NCBI GenBank assembly: GCA_030638405.1
Contig: DAOWER010000176.1
Location: forward strand, 1-40,464
Length of the DNA stretch: 40,464 nucleotides
Direction: 5' to 3'
DNA from: Candidatus Eiseniibacteriota bacterium
Lineage (GTDB): Bacteria; Joyebacterota; Joyebacteria; Joyebacterales; Joyebacteraceae
This document shows, piece by piece, positions 34,176 to 40,464 of the stretch (positions are counted from its first letter, which is position 1; each line of letters opens with the position of its first letter). A program made the translations under genes and the position numbers. The notes under the pieces were generated by a model. It made no database searches. It was not told the DNA's origin and saw only the letters and a program-made list of their open reading frames with translations.

Positions 34176-35584
34176 TTCTCCTCGAATGCGCCGAGCAGGG
34201 CCGCCACCACAGCGGGGTCCTGGCTCTCGTCAATCGTCCTCAGGTCGACAATAATGCGGTCCTCGTGAGTCCTGGCCAGAACGGCAGGCGATGCGGTGAG
34301 CATCGCCGACGTCACCGAATCTGCAGAAACACCGCCTCGCGGTTCTATCTCGATCCCCCTGCTGGCTATGATCCTCTCGGGGGCGGCGCCACCGCCGACC
34401 AGTCCTTCCAGCTCCACTGCCGACACCCGGGCCCGGTCACCCAGCGAAGACGCCAGGGACGCGGCCATCTCCTCGGCCCTGCGCGCGAGCGCATCGAGCG
34501 GCGCAAGAATGGCCGCGAGCACCGGGACCGCCGTCTCAGCCTCTCCTCGGAGATAGCTCTGAAGAGTCGCGGAGAGCGCGGCAAGGGTCAGCTTCCCGGG
34601 ACGAAGCGCCCGCGTCAGTGGATTGGCTCTCATGCGAGAGATGGCGCTCGCCGTACCAACAGCGATCCCCGCCTGCGGGCCACCGAGTATCTTGTCACCA
34701 CTGAACGTGGACACGGTCGCTCCGGCGGAGACGCTTTCCCTGACCGTCATCTCGCCCGAGAGTCCCAGCTTCTCGGGGTCGGCAAGGATGCCGCTTCCGA
34801 GGTCGTGAATGACGGGAATGCCGAAATGTTCGCCGAGCGACGCCAGTTCCTTGAGCGAGACGCGCTCGACGAATCCCGATATCGAGTAGTTGCTCCAGTG
34901 AGCTGACAGCAGCGCGCCCGTGCTGCTTCTGATCGCATCTCGGAAGTCCGACAGGTGTGTGCGGTTCGTCGTTCCCACCTCCACCATGCGGGAGCCGCTG
35001 CGCTCGAAGACGTCCGGGAGTCTGAACGAACCACCTATCTCGATAAGTTCACCACGCGAGACGATGACCTCTCGGCCCGGAGCGAGTGTGTTCAGAACAA
35101 GAAGGACCGCCGCCGCGTTGTTGTTGACCACAAGGGCGTCCTCGGCTCCCGTGAGTTCGCAGAGCGCGTCCCTAACCAGATAGTCGCGTTTTCCGCGAGT
35201 GCCCCTGATGAGGTCGTACTCGAGGTTCGAGTAGCCCCGCGCTACCTCCGCGACGGCCGCCACAGCCTGCGCGGACAGCGGCGCCCTTCCCAGATTGGTG
35301 TGGACGACGATTCCCGTTGCGTTGATCACCGGGACGAGTCCTCGCGCCGGAGAACGGACGAGCTCCCTCTCCACTTCCGCCAGGATGCCATCCCGCACGC
35401 CCTGAGGGGAATCACCGTGACGGCACTCTCCCGCCAGCAATGCGGCGCGCTCGCGATCGAGGATCTCCCTCACGAGGCGGACCGCGAGGGGCCTCGGCTG
35501 TATCGCGCTCAGGCCCCTCTCATCGAGATGAGCCAGCACAGCATCGACTGAAGGGATCGCGCTCAGGTTGCTCTTCTCGGTCAT
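34172..35584 (-). CDS. selA: L-seryl-tRNA(Sec) selenium transferase
   Basis: PVINATGIVVHTNLGRAPL...NLEYDL..G.RGKRD...LTGAEDALVVNNNAAAVLLVLN...VIVSRGELIEIGGSFRLPDV...EVGTTNRTH...SNYSISGF...FSGDKILGGPQAGI (PLP lysine) is colinear with E. coli SelA as I recall it. Start set to ATG 35584 (MTEKSNLSAIPSVDAVL, like the E. coli N-terminal LPAIDRLL). The in-frame ATG 35617 is possible; the ORF-track start 35863 is an Arg/Cys-rich extension. Confidence 0.9.
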   Translation of the reverse strand: MTEKSNLSAIPSVDAVLAHLDERGLSAIQPRPLAVRLVREILDRERAALLAGECRHGDSPQGVRDGILAEVERELVRSPARGLVPVINATGIVVHTNLGRAPLSAQAVAAVAEVARGYSNLEYDLIRGTRGKRDYLVRDALCELTGAEDALVVNNNAAAVLLVLNTLAPGREVIVSRGELIEIGGSFRLPDVFERSGSRMVEVGTTNRTHLSDFRDAIRSSTGALLSAHWSNYSISGFVERVSLKELASLGEHFGIPVIHDLGSGILADPEKLGLSGEMTVRESVSAGATVSTFSGDKILGGPQAGIAVGTASAISRMRANPLTRALRPGKLTLAALSATLQSYLRGEAETAVPVLAAILAPLDALARRAEEMAASLASSLGDRARVSAVELEGLVGGGAAPERIIASRGIEIEPRGGVSADSVTSAMLTASPAVLARTHEDRIIVDLRTIDESQDPAVVAALLGAFEEK

Positions 35585-35701
35585 GAGCCAGCGCGCAGAC
35601 CTCCTGGGCCTGCGCATCCTCTCCGGCAGGTCTCGGCGCGGCAAGCCGCGCCGAAGGACGGCCGCTCCCGTACGCAGCCGGCAACGGTAGACAGTGGCGT
35701 G

Positions 35702-35730
35702 AGAATATCGGTCCGCTGACAGGTGGTCAA
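35702..35730 (-). promoter_or_regulatory. Candidate sigma-70 promoter for selA (TTGACC-N17-TATTCT)
   Basis: Minus strand: GCGCTTGACC-ACCTGTCAGCGGACCGA-TATTCTCAC, about 115 nt upstream of the selA ATG. The leader contains the hairpin CGGCGCGGC-uug-CCGCGCCG. Confidence 0.4.
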
Positions 35731-35951
35731 GCGCTTTCGCCCGCGTAAGTTGCGGAGAGCCCACACATAGCGTCCGGCGGCCCCCGCCGCACACGGGGTG
35801 CGCTGCAACAAGGTGCGTGCATCGTGCTCCGCTGCCGCGCTGCACCCCGGCGGACACACACACCGCGGCCCACGCGGAGGCGGCCGGGAAGCCCCATAGA
35901 GTCCCCTAATCCCCCGCGCTTGTGCCAGTTGCACCGCTGATACCCCCGGCT

Positions 35952-35967
35952 TGGCACGTCAATTGCA
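35952..35967 (+). promoter_or_regulatory. Sigma-54 (RpoN) -24/-12 promoter: TGGCACG-TCAA-TTGCA
   Basis: cTTGGCACGTCAATTGCAc matches every specified position of the consensus YTGGCACGrNNNTTGCW. It is correctly oriented about 199 nt upstream of the only plus-strand gene (ATG 36166). Confidence 0.65.
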
Positions 35968-36165
35968 CGAAGAACGGCCTGTGGGGCCCCCAGGAGGAGG
36001 GTTCAGGGGGAACTGAGTCCGCCGGTCCGGCTGCAGCAAAGGAGGCCGCCTAGACGACCGTTGTCACACCCGAGGCAGACGTTTGCCCGGCAATTGCGAT
36101 GGAAGAGAGGGGAACGGCTGTGCCTCCCCTCAAGACCCAGGGCTCCAACATGGAGTTTTTGAGCG

Positions 36166-37383
36166 ATGCTTAAGAGAACGCTTTGTGTGCTGGTAGTGAC
36201 CGCCGCTGTGCTCGCGCTCGTGGCGACAGCGACGGCCAAGAGGACGGTTGCGGACTACACGCAGAACGTCGACCTGCCGAACTCGCGCAGCCCCATCGTG
36301 CTGTTCTTTGACGACATGGAGAGCGGCGTCAACGGGTGGACGACCGCCGACAACACCGCCACTGCGACGCCTCACTTCCACGTGGACACGTACATGGCCT
36401 ACGAAGGCACGTACTCGTGGTGGTGCGGTAACTTCGACTACGACACCGATGGCGGCTACGGCAACAGCTGGGATGACAGGCTGATAATCCCGACGACGGA
36501 TCTGACCGCTGCCACGTATCCGATCCTGACCTACGCGTTCCGTCACGATTCGGAGATGGGGTACGACTTCACGTACGTGCAGGCCGAGAGCGGCGGCGTC
36601 TACGTAGACCTGAACCGTGGCTACGACGGTGCGGCCCCGTGGACGGACATCGGTCTCTACGGCTTCATCCTTGAAACGTACGACAATCCGCTCAACGCCC
36701 GCTTCCGCTTCGTCTCGGACGGCGCCTGGTCGGATGAGGACGGTCTGTATCTGTCGGTCGGTGGCGGTTTCATGTGTGACATCGTCAAGGTCTTCGACTA
36801 CTTCGGCGGCTACGTCTACTTCTTCGACAACGCCGACGACGAGGTCAATCTGATTCCGGGGATTCCCGGCTCGGCCGGCGACTTCTGGCACTTGATCGAC
36901 AGGATGTGCCCGGCGTATTCGGACCCGCACAGCTGGTGGTGCGGCGATGACTCCGACACGACCCTGACCCCTCCGAACCTCAACAACTCGCTGATCTCTC
37001 CCGCCGTCAGCATCGTCGGCGCCGGGACCTGCACGCTGCGCATGTTGCTGCACGCGGAGGTTCCCACGGTGGACAACGACTACTGGACCGAGGAGGTCAG
37101 TGTCGACGGCGGTGGCAGCTGGGCGACGACCGGCGCGTGGTGGGGCGACTTCGGCTCCTGCGACGGTTGGGGCACGAGCGGTATCTCCGGGATCGACATC
37201 AGCTCGTTCCTGCCTGGAACCGAGTTCCAGTTCAAGCTGACGTTCTACTCGACAGAGAACGGGTGCGGTCCGGGTGCCGCCGGCGGCGCAGGCATCATGC
37301 TGGACGACACCTGGCTTGAGGACTGGACCGGTTCGCCGGTCGAGGAGCAGAGCTGGGGCAGCATCAAGGCCATGTACAGGTAG
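36166..37383 (+). CDS. Secreted hypothetical protein with two tandem MAM/InhA-like beta-sandwich modules
   Basis: Signal peptide MLKRTLCVLVVTAAVLALVATATA. Two homologous modules: HFHVD..AYEGTYSWWCGNFD...NSWDDRLIIPTTDL...YDFTYVQAES... and FWHLID...SDPHSWWCGDDS...NLNNSLISPAVSI...DYWTEEVSVDGGGSW...GIDISSFLPGTEFQFKLTFYS. Asp/Tyr/Trp-rich composition contrasts with the Arg/Val-rich antisense ORF 36130..37530. GGAG RBS 10 nt upstream. Confidence 0.75.
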   Translation: MLKRTLCVLVVTAAVLALVATATAKRTVADYTQNVDLPNSRSPIVLFFDDMESGVNGWTTADNTATATPHFHVDTYMAYEGTYSWWCGNFDYDTDGGYGNSWDDRLIIPTTDLTAATYPILTYAFRHDSEMGYDFTYVQAESGGVYVDLNRGYDGAAPWTDIGLYGFILETYDNPLNARFRFVSDGAWSDEDGLYLSVGGGFMCDIVKVFDYFGGYVYFFDNADDEVNLIPGIPGSAGDFWHLIDRMCPAYSDPHSWWCGDDSDTTLTPPNLNNSLISPAVSIVGAGTCTLRMLLHAEVPTVDNDYWTEEVSVDGGGSWATTGAWWGDFGSCDGWGTSGISGIDISSFLPGTEFQFKLTFYSTENGCGPGAAGGAGIMLDDTWLEDWTGSPVEEQSWGSIKAMYR

Positions 37384-37410
37384 TTCCTCGAAAGCAGTTC
37401 TGAGCGAAAC

Positions 37411-37448
37411 GGGGGGTGGCGTTCGGCGCCGCCCCTCGTTCTGCGTTG
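37411..37448. terminator. Candidate bidirectional intrinsic terminator between convergent genes
   Basis: GGGGUGGCG-uucgg-CGCCGCCCC (9 bp including one G-U), followed by UCGUUCUGCGUU on the plus strand and GUUUCGCU on the minus strand. Both U-tracts are weak. Confidence 0.4.
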
Positions 37449-37547
37449 CATGGGCGCCATGTGCGACGCCGCAGACCTGCCGCTGCGGTCGATGCAAACG
37501 GGCGCTGCCGGAGCCGCGGCACGCCTGCAATGGTCCGGGAATGGACG

Positions 37548-38858
37548 CTAGAGATAGCGCACTAGAACGTACACCGTTGTGACGAGGAGACAGATCGCAG
37601 TCACGGGAACGCCCGTCCTGGCGTAGGTCGTGAACGAGAGCGGTTCCCGCTCTTTAGACGACAACCCGACGACTGCCATGTTCGCGGCCGCGCCGACGAC
37701 GGTCGCGTTCCCACCCAGGCAGGCTCCGGCGGCGAGCGCCCACCAGAAAGCCAGCGCGACGCCCGGGTCGGACGCGCCCACGTGGTTCACTATGATCTGA
37801 ACCAGGGGTATCAACACAGTGACGGTGGGAACCGCCGAGATCAGAGAGGCAGTGATGGCAGTTCCCCAGAGAATCACGATTATCAGGACGGCCGGTGTCT
37901 CGGATACCCCGAGGATTCCGCGCGCCGCCAGGTCGACCACTCCCACCGCCTCAAGGGCGCCCACCAGAACGAAGAGACCGATGAAGAAGAAGAGCACCCC
38001 CCACTCCACCTCCGCAAGCAGTTCCTCCGGATTGATGCGTGTGACCACGAGCAAGAGAGCGGCGCCCGCGAGTGCCACCGTGGCAGGCTGGAGCCCCAGC
38101 TCGTGATGAAACAGGAACCCGACCAGCACGAGCCCGAGTACCGCGAGCGTGCGGCGGAGGAGCCCCGCGTCTCTTATCGCTTGACCGGCGTCCATCGATT
38201 CCAGCGCCTTGCTCTTAGCTTCCGGCGGCGAGGCGAAGAAGTCACGCTGTCCGACCAGCCTCAGGTAGAGCAGGCTCACACCAAGACAGATGAGCGCAAG
38301 AGGTCCGAGATTAACAAGGAAGTCCATGAAGGAGAGATGCACTGACATCCCGGGGACCAGGGCGCGGCTGCCAACCAGTATGTTCGGCGGATCACCTATC
38401 AGGGTCGCCATTCCGCCGATGTTGGCCATGATTATCAACATGACCAGAAACGGCATGACGTTCTTGCCCAGGAGATCCGAGACGAGGTAGATGACCGGCA
38501 CGATCATGATGACGGTAGTGACGTTGTCGATGAAGGCCGAGCTCACCGCCGTAATCGCGGCGAAACCCGCGAATATCAGGAAGACCCTCCCCCTCCCACG
38601 CTGCGCCACTCTGAGGGCGAGGAACTTGAAGACCCCCGTGCGCGCGAGGACCGCCACGATGAGCATCATGCCGATCAGGAGACCCAGGGTGTTGAAGTCT
38701 ATGAACCCCACGGCCTCGTCTTGGGATAGCGATAGCCCCGGCAGGAGCAGAACCACCAGAGCTCCAGCCAGGGCTATCGTCGTTCGATGAAGCCGCTCGG
38801 TGACGATGAAGAAGTACGTGGCTACGAAGACCGCCGTCACGGCGACGAGTGGAAACAT
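37548..38858 (-). CDS. ArsB/NhaD-superfamily permease (CitMHS/YbiR-like anion transporter)
   Basis: 436 aa, polytopic. N-terminal VFVATYFFIVTERLHRTTIALAGALVVLLL and ...IDFNTLGLLIGMMLIV... plus C-terminal ...GGNATVVGAAANMAV... are typical of this family. Confidence 0.75.
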   Translation of the reverse strand: MFPLVAVTAVFVATYFFIVTERLHRTTIALAGALVVLLLPGLSLSQDEAVGFIDFNTLGLLIGMMLIVAVLARTGVFKFLALRVAQRGRGRVFLIFAGFAAITAVSSAFIDNVTTVIMIVPVIYLVSDLLGKNVMPFLVMLIIMANIGGMATLIGDPPNILVGSRALVPGMSVHLSFMDFLVNLGPLALICLGVSLLYLRLVGQRDFFASPPEAKSKALESMDAGQAIRDAGLLRRTLAVLGLVLVGFLFHHELGLQPATVALAGAALLLVVTRINPEELLAEVEWGVLFFFIGLFVLVGALEAVGVVDLAARGILGVSETPAVLIIVILWGTAITASLISAVPTVTVLIPLVQIIVNHVGASDPGVALAFWWALAAGACLGGNATVVGAAANMAVVGLSSKEREPLSFTTYARTGVPVTAICLLVTTVYVLVRYL

Positions 38859-38890
38859 CCGTCAGAGTCCTCTCACACGCCCTCCCGCTG

Positions 38891-40060
38891 CTACTGGGAG
38901 ATGACGTCCCCTTCCTCGAAGGGCGGGTTCTCGTCGCCCATGTGCTCGAGCATCCAGTCTGCGGACGGCACGAGAGCCGAGTCGGGGTAGAGCGTCTTCA
39001 TTCTCGTGAACGCGTTGCGCGCCGCCTCGTAGTTGGACAGCTCCTCGGCGTGGATGAACCCGATCATGAACTGGGCCTCCGCGGCGTGCTCTCCATCGGG
39101 GTAGTTGAACACGAGTTCGGAGTAGTAGTTGAGCCTGGTCAGCGGGTCCTCGGTCTCCTGGGCGAGCGTGAAGAGTTCCTCTTCGCTTCTCGGCTTGGCC
39201 CTGAAGACGTCCTCGTTGACCCTGACACCGTAGCTCTCCTTCAGATCAGCGAGGATCTCCTCGTAGTGCTCCCGCGTCTTCTCGGGCAGGAGGCTCTTCA
39301 CGATCTGTTCGCGAACCTCTTCCAGCGGCTTGAGTCCGTCGTCGACCTTCTCCTCGATGCGAACGACGTGCCATCCTCTCTCGGAGCGCAGCGGGTCCGT
39401 GACCTCGCCGGCCTTCCACTCTCTGATGCGTTCGATGAACGCGACGTCCATGCCGGCGCCGGGTGCGCCGTCACCCTGCGTCACCGAGGCCATGAGTCCG
39501 CCGGCGCTCTTCGTCGCGGAATCGGTCGAGACCTCCCGTGCGACCGACGCGAAATCCTCTCCCCCGAGCACTCTCGACCTGGCCGCGTCGGCTGCAGCTC
39601 TGGTCGGCACGAGGATGTGCCGGAACTTGACGCGCCCGCGGCGCTGGAACTGCTCGCCGTGTTCCTCGTAGTAAGCCTCGACGTTCTCGTCCGGGACCAC
39701 CGTCGTGGCCTCGACGCCCTCGGCGTAGAAGGCCTGGATCACCGCCCGGCGCTTGACCGCCTCGAGTGCCCTCACGACCTCGGGGTCCTGGTCGTGCCCC
39801 GCCTTCAGGGCCGCCTGATAGAGCACCTCCTCATCCACCAGCCTGTGGAGGAACGCGATCGTACCCTCAGGCCCGGCGAACTGCTGCTGCGCGAACGGCG
39901 GTAGCTCGGCCATTTTCTGCATGAGATAGCTCTTCGTGATGTTGGTCCGTCCGACTCTGGCCACGATCTCGTCGTCGCTCCCGGAGCCGCATCCCAGGCA
40001 CCAGATGCCCGCGGCGAGAACGACGAGCATGAGTGCGGTGATCGTGAAACTCCTTGACAT
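38891..40060 (-). CDS. Parvulin-type peptidyl-prolyl isomerase lipoprotein (SurA/PrsA-like) with C-terminal TPR/YbgF-like region
   Basis: Lipobox LAAGIWCLGCGSG. SurA-N-like helical region. Parvulin core RVKFRHILV...GGEDFASVAREVSTD..SAGGLM. C-terminal helical repeats ...AEAQFMIGFIHAEELSNYEAARNAFTRMKTLYPDSALV. Start reset to ATG 40060 (GGAGGAG RBS 6 nt upstream) rather than GTG 40108. Confidence 0.8.
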   Translation of the reverse strand: MSRSFTITALMLVVLAAGIWCLGCGSGSDDEIVARVGRTNITKSYLMQKMAELPPFAQQQFAGPEGTIAFLHRLVDEEVLYQAALKAGHDQDPEVVRALEAVKRRAVIQAFYAEGVEATTVVPDENVEAYYEEHGEQFQRRGRVKFRHILVPTRAAADAARSRVLGGEDFASVAREVSTDSATKSAGGLMASVTQGDGAPGAGMDVAFIERIREWKAGEVTDPLRSERGWHVVRIEEKVDDGLKPLEEVREQIVKSLLPEKTREHYEEILADLKESYGVRVNEDVFRAKPRSEEELFTLAQETEDPLTRLNYYSELVFNYPDGEHAAEAQFMIGFIHAEELSNYEAARNAFTRMKTLYPDSALVPSADWMLEHMGDENPPFEEGDVISQ

Positions 40061-40134
40061 GTGCTCCTCCCCGCTTGTTCGTTGACGAATGCTGCCGTGC
40101 CAGGCCACTCCGCGCCTGCGCGGCGACCTCGTTG

Positions 40135-40464
40135 CTACTCCCTGATGACCCAGACCTTGATCTCGGCCTCGACGTCCTTGAACAGGCTGATCTTGACGGG
40201 ATAGACACCGAGCATCTTGATATGGTCTTCCATGATCACGTTGTTCGGGTCCGTCTCGTAGCCCTGCTCGTCCAGCGCCTGCGCGACTTCCCTCTCGCCC
40301 ACCGACCCGTAGAGCTTGTCGCCCTCATCGGCCTGAACGCGCACGGTGCAGGACACGCCACTCAGGCGCTCTGCCATCTGCTCCGCAGCCCGCTTGTCCT
40401 TCTTGACGCGCGCTTCGTCCACTCGGACCTTGACCTCAATCTGCGCGAGCGCTCCCGGCGTGGC
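40135..40464 (-). CDS. rplI: 50S ribosomal protein L9, C-terminal part (5' end beyond the window edge)
   Basis: The frame is open to the window end: ATPGALAQIEVKVRVDEARVKKDKRAAEQMAERLSGVSCTVRVQADEGDKLYGSVGEREVAQALDEQGYETDPNNVIMEDHIKMLGVYPVKISLFKDVEAEIKVWVIRE. These are the L9 linker helix plus C-domain motifs (KLFGSV-like, LHPEV-like). Confidence 0.9.
   Translation of the reverse strand, partial: ATPGALAQIEVKVRVDEARVKKDKRAAEQMAERLSGVSCTVRVQADEGDKLYGSVGEREVAQALDEQGYETDPNNVIMEDHIKMLGVYPVKISLFKDVEAEIKVWVIRE

Noticed and set aside
35853-35863. (AC)5 microsatellite in the divergent spacer
   Set aside because: It is too short to be meaningful on its own and is noted only as part of the possible upstream activating region.
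35585-36165. Looked for tRNA(Sec)/selC, other tRNAs, SRP RNA, tmRNA or a known riboswitch in the selA upstream spacer
   Set aside because: There is no CUUCAAA-type anticodon loop on either strand and no T-loop GGTTCGAnTCC with matching stems. The partial resemblances (GGUCCGG...GCAGCAAAGGAGG versus the SRP or c-di-GMP-I cores) do not hold on closer reading. The region is better explained by two divergent promoters plus a leader.
36130-37530. Minus-strand ORF 36130..37530 (466 aa), longer than the plus-strand gene it overlaps
   Set aside because: Its translation is Arg/Val/Gly/Asp-rich with no signal or motif. The plus-strand frame has an RBS, a signal peptide, an internal domain duplication and normal composition, and it sits behind a sigma-54 promoter.
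40085-40105. TGGCAC motif upstream of the PPIase gene (minus strand CTGGCACGGCAGCATTCG) as a second sigma-54 promoter
   Set aside because: The -12 element is missing: it reads CATTC instead of TTGC at the required spacing. A single hexamer match is expected by chance in GC-rich DNA.
1-40464. CRISPR arrays, IS elements or transposases, integrases, prophage or toxin-antitoxin/defence genes, rRNA or tRNA genes
   Set aside because: None was found. All sizeable open frames are accounted for by housekeeping or glycan-biosynthesis genes. No spaced direct repeats or terminal inverted repeats were seen. The only repeats are the 33-bp tandem at 17923..17988 and short homopolymers.

Overview
GC-rich bacterial chromosomal segment with 32 protein genes. 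31 are on the minus strand and most are translationally coupled through ATGA/GTGA/TTGA start-stop overlaps. Reading the minus strand from high to low coordinates: rplI (5' end cut by the window edge), a parvulin-type PPIase lipoprotein and an ArsB/NhaD-family permease. The only plus-strand gene follows, a secreted protein behind a near-perfect sigma-54 promoter. Next come selA, a SPOR-domain protein, smc and ftsY. An FMN riboswitch with a terminator then precedes ribD-ribE-ribBA-ribH-nusB, followed by a metallophosphoesterase. The last ~23 kb is an 18-gene surface-glycan locus. It holds five GT2-fold enzymes (two are polyprenyl-phosphate sugar synthases and one is fused to a WbaP-like domain), a GT4 interrupted by an in-frame TAG, and a GT9. 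It also holds a YfhO-type membrane glycosyltransferase, a Wzx-like flippase, a UPF0104 flippase-like protein, an extended-SDR epimerase and a CapD/PglF-like dehydratase. The rest are two alkaline-phosphatase-superfamily paralogs, a beta-propeller with a T9SS-type C-terminal sorting domain, and a radical-SAM/SPASM - DUF362 - methyltransferase-fold cassette. The T9SS-type sorting domain hints at an FCB-group or Gemmatimonadota-like lineage, but this is tentative. I saw no CRISPR array, tRNA or rRNA, transposase, integrase or defence-type genes. The best candidates for something undescribed are: the radical-SAM/DUF362 cassette inside the glycan operon; the GT2::phosphoglycosyltransferase fusion whose catalytic motifs look degenerate; a pseudo-ATPase-TM-SPOR protein coupled to selA/smc/ftsY; and the sigma-54-driven secreted tandem beta-sandwich protein with a long structured leader. 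All functional calls come from by-eye motif recognition and no database search was run. Non-ORF coordinates were counted by hand and may be off by 1-2 nt.
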